DNA from: Saccostrea cucullata
Lineage: Eukaryota
Assembly (NCBI RefSeq): GCF_032062105.1
Contig: NW_026938483.1
Span: forward strand, 1-64,000
DNA: 64,000 nucleotides
Reading direction: 5' to 3'
Of the stretch, positions 51,501-63,338 are shown piece after piece (within the stretch, counting starts at the first letter, position 1; every line of letters begins with the position of its first letter). Below the pieces are notes generated by a model. It was not told the origin of the DNA, searched no databases, and saw only the letters and a program-made list of their open reading frames with translations. The position numbers were made by a program, and so were the translations under genes.

Positions 51501-54500
51501 GAGCTTCGACAGCGAAGATCTGTGTTCCGAGGACAGCGACACCAAAAACAAAAAGGGCAAACAGAAGAACGACATCACAAAAAAGAAGAAGATTGAAAGT
51601 AATTCAGAGACCGAGGAGGAAAGTGATGAATCTCGTACAAAAAAGAAATTCAAACCCTCAAAGAAAAAGGCAAAAAAGAAAGTAGAAGAAAGTGAAAGTG
51701 ATTCTGAGGATGACCACCAGAGAAGGTCACGAAGGAATGTGAAGAAAATTGACTTCAAATCACTTATGTTGTCTGAAACTGAGAGTGAAGATGGAGGGAA
51801 AAGCAGCAAAAAGAAGAAGAAGATTTCTAGCAGTGAGAGTGATGTTAGTGATGAGACGGGATCAGAGAGTGAGAATGAGGAGGTCGTGAAGAAGAAGAAG
51901 AACGTCATCCGAGACGAATCCTCAGGAACGGATGAATACGAACCCGAGGAAAAGGAAAGCAAAGAGGATAAGAGTGAAGCCAATGATAAAAATGAGGATG
52001 CAAAACCAAAGGACAAGGTGGAGGAAAAAATTGATGAAACGTCTGTTGACAGTTCTGTTGTAAATAATACATCTAATAACAATGAACAAACTGAAAATGC
52101 AGGTGTGATGAAATCTCAAGAAACACCACTATCTCATCCAAATGTTCCTCTTACAGTCACTAGTGAACATTCAAGTGCCCCTGTGAATAGGAGATTTGAG
52201 GATCAAGGCATTCCTCCAAATATGCCTCCTCAGCAGGAAAACATGTTTCCAAACTTTCCAAATATACCTCAAGTCCAACAGAATGTTGGCTTTCAACCGC
52301 CTGGACAGCAGTTTCCAAACCAAAGACCACCTTTCCCAGGAATGGAACGACCTAGTTTTCATCCTCAGCCTGGTCCACTGAAAAGCCCCCCTCATGTACC
52401 CAGCAATCCCCCCAGTCATCCACATATCCACAATCAGCGACACATATCAAGTCCATCCCAGGGGATGTCAAGTCCCCCTCCATTCCAGAACCGAATGGTC
52501 AGTCCACCACATCAGATGACCAGTCCTTCCCACAATCAAGCCCCTCCCCACAATCAGATGAATCAATGCATGCCCTACCCCTCCAATCAGATGGGACTTC
52601 GTTCTGGTGACCCTCAGCGCTTCCCTATAGGTTCCCCTCCTGTTCCATCGTCCCAGGCCACTCAGATGCCTTTTGATTTAAGGATGAATCCTAACAGAAT
52701 GCCCATGGATTTCAGAGGACCACATCCAAGGATGATGAATAGCTCAAACTCGTATCCACAGTATGGACCCAACATTGGAAATGTTCCACCAGGATCCCAA
52801 GCTACAAACTTTCAAAACCAAATGAGAATGCATGGTCCTATGCAGTCTAGGATGGAAGGCCCAGGACAAATGGAACCTGTAACTTCTTCACCAGGTGGCC
52901 CTTTGACATCACTTGGACAAATGGTTGCACCTGGATATCAGAGTCAACCACAGCAAATGCCTAGACAAGGTGTCCCTCCAAATTCCATGAATATGGGAAT
53001 GCCAAGACATAATATGCCACAAACACAGCAAAAGCCTCATGGTATGCCCCCAACTACTGCAACTCCAAACACTGGTATGCTGCCAAATACTCAAGGACAG
53101 CATATGCCTCCAAACTTGCCCATGCATAACATGCCACATTCTGGTTCTCAAGGCATGGGATTCAATATGCCAGGTCAGGGGGGAATGCCACCTGCCTATC
53201 CAGGGCAAACTCCCTCCTTCAACAGCCCTAATCAAGGCACAGCACCACCATCAGCTGAAACTCCAAAGACAAAATCTAAGCGAGGCAGACCTAAAGGCAG
53301 CAAAACAAAAAAGAAAAAGGATGCTCCAATAGAAAATGATGATTCTTCCAAATCTCCAGGGTCTTCTCCCCAAGTAGACCCTCCAAAACTTCCCTTCCCT
53401 GCCTCACACACAGGAGAAATGGATCAGAGACAGATGCATCCAGCGGGTGTTCCAGAAGGTCTGCAGAGACCAATGATGCCACCTGGTGGTCCAGAGGGGG
53501 TACATAGACCCATGATGCCTGGAAATGAAAATAGGTCAAAGCCCCCACCATATGTTCATAGAAATGAAGCAAGTCAGAGACCTCCAGTCAGCCATGTTCC
53601 CCCAAGTGATTTTGGTAGCAGACCTCCTGATTCAAATACATCATCGACTGAAGCAAGTCAAAGAGTAAAAGATAGTGAAAAACGTAAAAATTCAATAGAC
53701 AGTGATAAAGGGCCTGTGGATGAGACCAATCCAAGCCCAGCCAGTAATGTAGTAGTACAAAAAACCCCAACAAGTGAAGGCAGCAGCAAACAGGCAGGAG
53801 AAACTGAAGTTAGTAACAGGTCAACTAGTCATAGGCCACCACCAATGGGTTTAATGGGTCAAAGACCACCTGGTCCAGAAATTGGTCATAGACCGCATGC
53901 TCCAGAAATTGGTCATAGACCACATGCTCCAGAAATTGGTCATAGACCACATGCTCCAGAAATTGGTCATAGACCACATGCTCCAGAAATTGGTCATAGA
54001 CCACATGCTCCAGAAATTGGTCATAGACCACATGCTTCAGATATGGGCTCACGGCTGATGGTTCCCACTTCTGGCCAGATGGGTCAGCCTCCTATGCCAC
54101 CACAGTTCAGCGAGATGGGTCAAAGACCAATTCATCCAGGCATGATGCCTCCTAGAATGATGGACCCTAGAGGCATGATGATGTCACAAGGGCACCCAGT
54201 GAGAGCACCAATGCCCTATCCAGGGTATCATTATAACAGGGAGCACTTTGGTATCAATGGACACCCAGCGTCGGTACACTCTTCTCTACAGGATCCTGGG
54301 TTTCCAGGCATGAACCCACCTATGATGAGCTCACCTCATCAGAACCCAATCATGCACCCCAGTCAAGTGGCCCAACCCTTGGGAGGAGGACGGGGTTTTA
54401 TGATAGACAATCTGTTAGAGAAAAACCAAAAATCTGGGATGTCTTCATTCTCTGAAAATATGGAGGAGGGAGGTTCTAATGCTGAGGAAAGCAAAGCGGA

Positions 54501-55009
54501 CCCACCACAGATGGAGCAGGAATACGGGTCAGGTTTCCAAGGTGACCAGGAGGAGGAGGGGGTGTCAGACATTGCTGACATTGTCAAGTAAGTCAGGACT
54601 CTATGTTTACAGGAAAATGTATTGCAAGTGACAGTAATTGAACAGTTATTTATAGTTTGGTTTGGAAAGGCAGACTGTCTCATCTTGAATAGTACTTCAA
54701 TCATTTTGCCATTTATTGCTTTGTTCGATAGATGGTTGCTACCATTCATAATTGTGAGTCAAGAAAACAAATAAAGAATCTCTCCTATTTCTTTTATGAA
54801 AAACAAATCTGACAGAGAATGTTTTTACGTTTTTGCCATTTTTTGAACAAAATCATCATAAATTGAGATAAAACACATATCTGTTTTGTTTGAAACTAAA
54901 TGAAATGAGATTGATATGTAGATAGAAAAGTGTAAGCTATTAAGGTATTCTGTACTTACAGAGATTTGTAATGAATGTTGTTTTTGTTTATAGGTGTTTT
55001 AAGGCATAG
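39596..55009 (+). CDS. RSF1: Remodeling and spacing factor 1 (DDT/WHIM N-terminus, PHD finger), 17 exons, ~2494 aa
   Basis: Exons 39596-39740, 40117-40211, 40834-40926, 41129-41257, 41575-41651, 44112-44200, 44539-46769, 47076-47550, 47757-47842, 48088-48192, 48388-48467, 48813-48864, 49179-49404, 49731-49923, 50792-50973, 51377-54587, 54994-55009; phases join into one ORF. Motifs [105 protein letters not shown]. Confidence 0.93.
40282..40579. mobile_element. Tc1/mariner (pogo-like) MITE with internal ~120-bp duplication
   Basis: TA|cagtaaaact ... agttttactg|TA; repeated cacggatatagc motifs. Confidence 0.75.
41986..44003. mobile_element. Non-autonomous hAT-like (hAT5-type) element in RSF1 intron 5
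   Basis: Perfect 15-bp TIR cagtgttccagctag / ctagctggaacactg; 5-bp TSD ctcaa (41981-41985, 44004-44008). Confidence 0.85.
42247..43320. mobile_element. piggyBac-like MITE nested in the hAT-like element
   Basis: TTAA on both flanks; TIR ctcttttcccctta / taaggggtaaagag; repeated subterminal cccttaatgacgacttttgacgc. Confidence 0.75.
44539..46769 (+). CDS. RSF1: RSF1 exon 7 (acidic E/K-rich disordered region)
   Basis: 751-aa ORF bounded by acceptor aaacag|TA and donor AAG|gtaatc, in phase with flanking exons. Confidence 0.9.
46087..46360 (+). repeat. Coding tandem repeat, 63-nt unit alternating as a 126-nt dimer ([11 protein letters not shown](I/V)TS(S/N)KS...)
   Basis: Visible in the RSF1 exon 7 translation. 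Confidence 0.9.
50262..50807 (+). repeat. 42/45-bp tandem array of a duplicated RSF1 splice acceptor plus exon start (13 copies)
   Basis: Unit ccctactttctgtttgacag|tgagaccgtgtctgag; acceptor G at 50283, 50325, 50367, 50409, 50454, 50499, 50541, 50586, 50631, 50676, 50718, 50760, 50791. Confidence 0.95.
51377..54587 (+). CDS. RSF1: RSF1 exon 16 (acidic/basic region, then P/Q/G/M-rich low-complexity domain with AT-hook)
   Basis: 1081-aa ORF; acceptor ttatag|TT, donor AA|gtaagt; KRGRPK at ~53278-53295. Confidence 0.9.
53875..54036 (+). repeat. Coding 27-nt repeat (PEIGHRPHA)x6
   Basis: Near-perfect ccagaaattggtcatagaccacatgct repeats. Confidence 0.95.
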
Positions 55010-57132
55010 GAAGCTGATTTTCTTGTGTCACATGACCTGTCTTCCTGGTGATCGTCATGGAGAACCAGCTTAACCAATCAGAAGCTGCTGCTACAGTATT
55101 CAAATAGTACGTACTCAATAGACGCTCCTACTACCAAGAAGGACATCCCAATGAAGAGGTTACAGTTTGCTGCAGTATAAAGTCCCCTATAGACAAAGTC
55201 AAACTGGTCTATAGCAGCTTTGATTGGTGGTTAACAGTGTTATCATGTATTCACATTTGAGCTCGTTTCCAGTATGAAGAGGAAAGAATTGAAGAAAATT
55301 AAGCTGTGCAATCCTTCTTGTACATATACACTTGTATTGCATTTAATCAGCTGATTGACAGAAGGAATGTACATGTGTGCCCTCTCTTTCTGTTGCAGTC
55401 ATTAAATCATACATTTAGAGTCATCTTTTATAACTGCCTATAGGGTTGTGATTGCATTTTTTAAAAAAAAATTTTGTACAAATATATAATGTACTTAATT
55501 TTGCAGTGCTTTGTGTAAGGATTTGATGAGATGATTTCCCCCATCTCCAAATACTGGTAGTTTCAGTTCCAAATTGTGTACATGTGCAATCATGTTTAGG
55601 TTGAAAATATGTTATTTTCCTATTTTGCCAGTAGCTGTTTATATATTATGTAAACAGTATTTGTTCTACTTTTAAGATATTATTGTTGACTTTATTTACA
55701 AGTGTTACTGATTTTATGAAAAAAAAAAATCTCCCATTTTGAATTGCATCTCGTCACTTTTTAAAAGTTCATTGTGTGTTTTGATAATTTGTATTGTTTA
55801 CAACATTGTTATTTAAGTGTAACTTAGACCTTAGTTTACTTTGTTTATTGAAATTGACCAGGAACTTTCTATACAAGGAATGATCCTGATTCACACACAT
55901 TTATGTATATAAAAATGGGGGGGGGGGGGATTATGTTAACTTTGTTCCAAAATGGATCATGTACAAACAAGCTTTACCAAGGCATTGACTTCTACATGTA
56001 TTTCACGTAGATCATGTTTTAGTGTGTATTTTGTACGATGTATTTTGCACTAAATTTTTTTTGCATATAGAAGAGGTGCTCAACATTTATACTACTTACA
56101 TATATATTGTAAATTATGTAACATATATGTAAATACAATTTTTTTTTACTTATATAAATAGTAGACCATGTATCATTCATTCTTTTTGTAAATTTAAGAT
56201 CATATAGAGCTTGTTACAAGTTGTGTATTTTTTACATCATTCTGAGACTGAAGGGCAAAGCTTTTCATTGTTATTTGTTTATCACCATTTGCTACTCCGA
56301 AAAATTCTGGTCGATAGCAATGCATTTTCTAGTTTTAGAGGCATTACATGCAATTTTTTTTCATATACTTGTCATATAAGTGCAAGTTATAATTAGTTAT
56401 TTGTCTTATTAGCCATTTTAAAATAAGTTCCTTTTTCAGCAAAAAAGAGCAGAAATAGTTGAGGGGGACAAGGGAAATAACTCTAATTATAGAGGAGTAA
56501 ATTTTGTGTCAGAAGAGGTAAAGCAGAAAACTGATCTTTTCTATGTATGATAGAGAGTATATATTTTTATATTATAATATTGTTAGCTTTTCAGATTTAC
56601 AATGAAATGTACATGATCAGATGTAATTACAGTCTTGTGGTACAGACTCACCAAATATATGGGAATTTTTTAAATATAAAAACCTACAGAAAAACTTACA
56701 AAACTGACAGTTTTCCTTTGATAAGAAATGTTGTTTTTTCTTTGCATTGCCTTAACCATATTTTTATAGTTGACAGGAAACAGTTGGAAATTTAGAGATT
56801 CAATTTCTTTCTTTAAACATTAGTGAAGTAAGCCTATAGGGTTTTTTTTTTCACCGGGAAGGGGGGGGGGGGGGGGTAATTGACTTTCCTTTTAGGTGCT
56901 ATATGTTATTCTGTTCGAGTATCTGTATCATTATGTTAATTGTCCATCTGAATTGTCCACTGTCTGCTTTGGTACAGCTACCCGCCGCTGTATCTGCTGT
57001 GTTTAAGCTTTGTCTGTTGTCTGTGTGTTAGATCTGATGTTTTTTGTTGATCTCAGGACTTCCCTGTATTTAGTAGCATCTGAAATCCTCATATCGCAGT
57101 GTCACTTAGATATATTCATGTTTTCATGAATC

Positions 57133-57138
57133 AATAAA
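57133..57138 (+). terminator. Candidate RSF1 polyadenylation signal
   Basis: AATAAA after ~2.1 kb of U-rich 3' UTR-like sequence, followed by a GT-rich stretch. Confidence 0.5.
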
Positions 57139-58299
57139 TTCTAAAAAGATTTCAAAGTGTCTTAGTCGTGTGATCTCTGAACGTAATGCTTATTAATTGC
57201 ACAGAGTCAGTGTTGCAAGTTCAATGGTACTTATCCTCTGATGTTTTGCCGTGTGATGGGATTGAGGGAGATAGGGATTATGTTATTTATGACTTTTTCC
57301 CATGTGGAATGCTTTCTTGAAACCGTGGAACTCTGTTTCCGGAATGTGTTTTAGCACAGTGGACTTGTAGCCTTAAGCTTGTGAAAGAAATTCATTGTAG
57401 CGGGGGAGCAAGAGTTTTTAATGCTAATTAAAAGTGATGAATTTGAAATTAAAAATAAAAAACGTATAGCTTTTCAATAATTGTATTAAATTTGCTATTT
57501 AATACAAGAATTATTCAAGAAGATGGTGTCATTTCAAACAGTATACATAATTTTTAGATGTGATTATCTTCATACAGAAAGAAATTTACATGAAATCAAA
57601 TCCACCAGAGGAATTTAATCCTACCGACTGGTTGTTAATACCATGTGAAAGAGTTCAATGTAACGGAGAGTTGGACGGTTGATGAGAGCACGCAAAAGCC
57701 GGAAATTGCTGAAAAGTCTAAGACATAAATTATTTTATTTTGTCATGTAATGGAAACATGTTCGAAACAAAGACACAAAATGCAAAGTAAATTCAAAGAT
57801 TTAACATTATGTTGAATAAAAATACAGTGATAAGGCCATCTTTAAAAAAATGTTTGCTTGCCCCCTCCCAACTCGGTAAAATTATAATTATTGGGTCGGT
57901 AGGTATTAGGGAATTTTTTTCCCAGAATATTATTTTTGTCCACAGGTTTAGAGGAATAAAAATGATACCGTGTTCTGGAATGTCGAAAACAAGTTTTGAG
58001 TCGGACTATTAATAGTCAGTCGGTTAGAAGAAGGCAAACCAAACAATTTTAAAAGCTAGGTCTAATCTCCGTTTTGCATATAGGCTTATTTCTATCATGT
58101 CTATTTAAGGAAAACTTATAGCTAAAAGATAAATATGACCAATGTTATGATAATTTAGAAAAATTAATAGTCAGATCTCGTTGGAAAGTATCTGGAGTTT
58201 GGCTATCGTTAAATGCCCTAACCGTATACTAAAGGAAAACGATGTGAACATTCATTATTTTTAAAGGAAAATCGTTTATGCTTTAATGATAGATCAATT

Positions 58300-58680
58300 G
58301 CAAAATGATGACTTTAAACGAGACTGTTGACATCCTTGTTTCATCAACTTGTTTGTCAATAGCTTGCTTTGATTTAAAAATTGTACGTAGAACATGTCTT
58401 GTGTATCGAATCAAGGCCTAATCCCCATATGTATGTGATATAAGTGTACAAATTGTTACACAAGTAAAGGAAGTTGACGATAGAACAATTGCAGCCATAA
58501 AGTTTTTGTTGTTGAATACCAAAATCTACTTTTTTCCAATGAAACAGATTTGTTCCTCTCTGCGGTTTGTCTTATTACATATCGAATCGACATATGAATG
58601 GAAGTAATTACTATTGATTGAAAGTATGGCGTCGTTATATCTAAATGTCGAGTCGAAGGCTACAGAAAGTGTTTTCTATT
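58300..58680 (-). mobile_element. Degenerate Penelope-like RT fragment
   Basis: gccttcgactcgacatttagatataacgacg and aacagtctcgtttaaagtcatcattttgc on the minus strand, homologous to other copies. Confidence 0.6.
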
Positions 58681-58909
58681 GTTTTTTTTAAATAAATTCT
58701 GATACATCTGGTACAATATATATGCAAAATTGCAGATCATATCACTTTCTTAAACATTCACAATGATGTTATATTCTATTATACGAAAGAGACAACATAT
58801 GAATATATCTTATAAAATAGATTATCATATTGTCCCTGAATAGCTGACCAATAATATTGTAAGAAAATGATTATACTAAAAAAGGTAATTAAATTAGTGA
58901 AATCCTATT

Positions 58910-60489
58910 TCAATATTTGTTGTGTTTAGACGAACATTTTATGACAGTTTTGAAAGCCCTTAGAAAGTCCTTATTTGAGTAGGCATAAAGAACAGGATTT
59001 AGGGTAGAATTAATGTAGGTCATCCAAAAGAAAAAGGTGTACAGCCAATCAGGGACCAGAGCGGGTTCCCAGGCGTAAATATCCCATGCCACGTAGAACG
59101 GGAACCAGCAAATCAGGTAACTAGTTATCACGTAGGTCAAAGTTCGGAAAATCCTGTGCTCTCTGTTACCATGGTTACTGGATTTAACCGTTACCGCTTT
59201 ATCTGATGACGTGGACGAAGCCCAACTGGATGGCGGGGGCGTGGTCGAGATAATGGACAGCGTGGGCTCGGTTAATAAAGATCGGTCTCTTGTTGTGCAA
59301 TCAACCATTAAGTGAGTGCTTGGTTTGACGTTGATAGTGGTTGGCCCGCTGCCTCTGTGACCTACTTTTTTAGACCGATTCTTCATCACCAGGTAAACTT
59401 TCAGGTAAGCGACGACGATCAGCAGACAGGGGATGTAGTGGCCGATGATATCGACGACGATGATGAATTCGCGGTTGTCGGAGGGCTCCCAGATGCACTT
59501 GTTGACCTCTTGATGCTTTAGACGGTCACCGATAAAGGGTGGTGTCCAAATGATGAAGACACAAACCCTGGAAGTGTGAAAAATTACAATGGTTATTCAA
59601 GGAATAAAAAGTATTTAATGACGAAGTTTTAAATTATTCTATAGAAATGATCATATAACATGTACACGATATAAAGCCCTTCTCTATTCAACCTTCAGAC
59701 ACATGAAGATCTGTTGTCCCTCACTATTCTGAGAAAAGTGGGGCGGTATTCTAGAAGTTTATTCCAAAAACGTCGTCGCCTATGGAAAACTTTGGCCAGT
59801 TCAACAAAAACTTAAAAAATTTCAGTAAATTAGAAGTTAAAAATATCTTTAAAGCATATTTAATCCAGCAAATTTTTGTGTAACAATTGGTTTTTCAGAT
59901 TAGAGACTAGTTTTACTAGATTAGTTTGATATAAGCAAAACACAAAATAAGAGCAAAGCAACATACGAACCTCCAAAAACATCAGAGGACGTCTATAGGG
60001 TCAGGAGCCATGGAGGAGTGAGCATCCCCTGTCGACCTGTCACACCCACCGTGTACTCCTTGTCATGATCGGAAAAATAAAAAAAATGACTTACCACACA
60101 ATGGTCAAGATAATGATGTTCTTTCTCTTCCCGTTAATTTGCTTGTACTGCATCGCCCATGTGACAGACCAAAAGCGATCTAATGAGATGGCCACGATTG
60201 TAAAAACACTGGCAAAAGTCATAGCATAGTCAACATAGATCCAGAACCCGCAGATAATGGTCCCAAACGGCCAGTACCCCAGGAGGGTGTCTATCGTATA
60301 AAACGACATGGCGAAGAGGGCCACCAAAAAGTCCGTGACCGCAAGGTTAACAATAAAGTAATTAAAAGGCTGTCTAAGTCTGGAATCTAATGCAAAGGAC
60401 AGCATGACCAAAAAGTTTCCCACGATGGTGACCAACACAATGATAGAAAGCGTCAAAGTGATGAGGATGTTCTTGACCGTCACTTCCAT
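58910..60489 (-). CDS. Class A (rhodopsin-like) biogenic-amine-type GPCR, 2 coding exons, ~350 aa
   Basis: Exons 60489-60095 and 59567-58910 (phase 2). TM1 GNFLV, TM2 NLAVTD, TM3 CGFWIYVDY (D3.32) and LDRFW, TM5 HYIP, TM6 CWFPF, TM7 WMTYINSTLNPVLY. Confidence 0.9.
59935..60075 (-). mobile_element. Penelope-like 3' tail inside the GPCR intron
   Basis: Tail motif begins ~20 nt after the GPCR donor site, sense to the gene. Confidence 0.7.
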
Positions 60490-62574
60490 GATTATCTGAT
60501 ATGTTCTATATGCCTGATAATATTCTCTGTCACTAAGGACGCGTGGACGAGAGAATTTATAAGAAACCGACTGTAAACAAATAAACCACGTGTTCTCATA
60601 TCTAAAGCTGTCAATGCCATGATCTTACAATTGCTATATTTTGCTAGCAAAGACATTTTTCATTTGATTAATTTCAAGTTTAAATTTTATTTGTGTCACG
60701 TGATATTTTTTAAGTTGGCAATTCCAACTGTAAAGTTGCAATTCAGGAAGATGAAAAAGCCAAAAGTAGCTATGAATTACCAACTTAATTTGAAAAAAAA
60801 AATAGAGGTATTAACGTGCACGCTTAAGTAGACAAAAATGGTTAGAATTTAAGGAAGTCTAAATATACGCATATGCTGTGTATAATATCTTTTAAAACTC
60901 TTTATATACAATACAACAGGCCTGGGGTGGGGTGGGGGGATAAATTTGATCTTAGTAAGATTATACCGTAATGGTAAAATGTTTCATGTGTCCGTTCATT
61001 AATTAAAAAAAGAATTAACGTGTAAATGTATTGTGATTGAGAACTGAAAGTGATGCTGATTTAGAACTAAAGATGTCAATCCATAGCTACTAGACCGCCC
61101 CGTTGTTAATATCTTTTACCAAATCAGCTAGAATATGGTGGGAGATGGGCAGCATTATTGGATATGTTTATATCTAAGCAAAGCAGATGATTGGTCTATT
61201 TTATCATTACTTGGCACCTGATCCCAACTGGAATTCCCAGGAGTCCGAGTGTTACGTCTTACAAAGGCCTGTTGACATTTGTAATATACAGAGCATTCAT
61301 TAATTTGAAAAAAAAATCCTCGAAATTCCGGAATTCCGGCTATAACCGATTCCACAATCACCCTGCGAAGGCTATATCCTGTTTAATTTTTTTTTCCAAA
61401 CTGCAGACGACGTGGGAATTTTTGAAACTTTGAATTGCTAAAGAAAAAAATACAAATGGGTGATTTTTCGCCTATCTATTTGGGTAAGCAATGAGTCCAA
61501 TAGATTTAAAACAAGATATTTAGGCTAGCTGCCGTGCATTTATGACTCCCTAGTTTGCAAACTTTGCAATATCTGGCGTTTTCCTGGTTTTTACGATTTT
61601 GATATTCTATAATATGCAAGTTTTCCTGGCATGCAAAATACCAAGTTGAAATCGTAAAAAAGGCCTGGAAAACGTAAGATATTTTGGACTATTGAACCTC
61701 CTGTGCATTTACGAAAGCAGAAATAGGCAAATAACACATGGAATAGTGAGAATATCCCAAAAGATTGTACACTCTATGAACTCAGATATGACCAGATATT
61801 GAGTGGAAATTCAATATTATTATACCTTTTGTAAAATAATACAGTGAGGTTTACAAGAAAAATAAGTTTAATAGAAATCTATAAACAAAACTTTACGATA
61901 AAAGTTATGATTTTAACTCTCGGAGTTTCCTAATTTATGGTAGCAGTATACTGTATATATCATTTATATTACCTGCAAGGCTGCATATGGAACAGTGTCC
62001 AAGTCGATATTATTTCTAAAGCAAGGCAGGCTGTAATCAAATGAGTTGATGCTACAAAGATATCAAGAGCTCTGTTTATTGTCAACGCTACACATATTTT
62101 ATTTATTCCAAACAATGACACATGCAAATATAATCAGTAAATCAAATGTTGACGAGAGATCATTATACACTATTATTACTATTCTGAAAATTTTTTAAAT
62201 ATATTTTTTCTGTTGTTCGAAAAATACTTACATTTCATAGGAAGACGACCATTTAATTTTGAGACTGGGGTTTTGATTTAATGTGCAATGAATACATCTA
62301 AGAATTTTTTTTTTTTTTCAGAAATAATATCGAAGTAAGTACAAGTACATTTACATTATTTTAAGGAAGTGGACTTGATTATCAAATTATTTTGATTTTG
62401 TTTACAAGATTATTTTAAGAATTGAATTTGACTAATAATAAATTTTATCATTATTTTTAAATAACAACCGGTGTACGTAATAAATTCAAATTTATAACTG
62501 CTAGAAGATTAACTCATAGTAAAATAAGTAACCGATGTTCTAAGGTATCGGTTTCAAAAAGTAACTTTACTACT

Positions 62575-62990
62575 TTTTGTCCCCCGCTTGAAAAGTGGGG
62601 GATATTAATTTGGGTTTGTCCGTCCGTCTGTCCGTCCGTCCGTCTTTCTGTCTGTCTGTAACGCTTTCGTTTCCACACGATATCTCGAGAACCCTTTGAG
62701 CTTTTGCAATGAAATTTTGAGGTCAAAAGGTCAAAGGTCAAGGTCATAAATTCGCAAATTCTGTCTGTTATAACACTAGTCTTTCATTTCCGCAAGATAT
62801 CTCAAGAACCCTTTGAGCTTTTGCAATGAAATTTTACATAACAGCTCCCTGCGGCCTAAGGGAGACCCCTATTGATTTTGAGGTCAAAAGGTCAAAGTTC
62901 AAGGTCATAAATGTATACATTCTGTTTGTGTGTAACACTATTCTTTTCGGGCGATATCTCAAGAGTATTTTGAGCTTTTGCAATGTAATT
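62575..62990 (-). mobile_element. Helentron/HINE fragment
   Basis: Hairpin tcccccgctt-ga-aaagtggggga, (GTCC/GTCT)n microsatellite, repeated gaggtcaaaaggtcaaag units. Confidence 0.7.
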
Positions 62991-63267
62991 TTATACCAAA
63001 AGTCCCTAGGACCTCTCTCACCCCTCTCAAAGAGTCCCGACCCGTTTGTTTTAATAGTATTTTATGTATTACATGTCGCTATTTTTAGCACAGGGGCATG
63101 GAGGAGAGTTATTACGTATAAAACAGGTTCCCAGCGGACTTTATATTTCTTATTACATCTATCAGAACTGTTTAATAAAGCTTAAATTAAGACACCATAC
63201 ATTGTGTAAAATATTGACAATATATCAAACGTGAATATATACAAGTATGTGACTTCATATGTATATA

Positions 63268-63338
63268 TAATTGTCCATAGTATGGTATATCTCTCGCTTC
63301 ATAGACGAGAGGGCCCGGGTTCGATTCCCCGATAATTC
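63268..63338 (+). tRNA. tRNA-like pseudogene or repeat head (nominal CAT anticodon)
   Basis: B box gggttcgattccc; ctctcg/cgagag anticodon arm; aattgt/ataatt acceptor-like pairing; D arm and T stem defective. Confidence 0.35.

Noticed and set aside
44531-54749. Long minus-strand ORFs (256, 243, 211, 150 aa and others)
   Set aside because: S/F/L-rich antisense shadows of E/K-rich RSF1 exons
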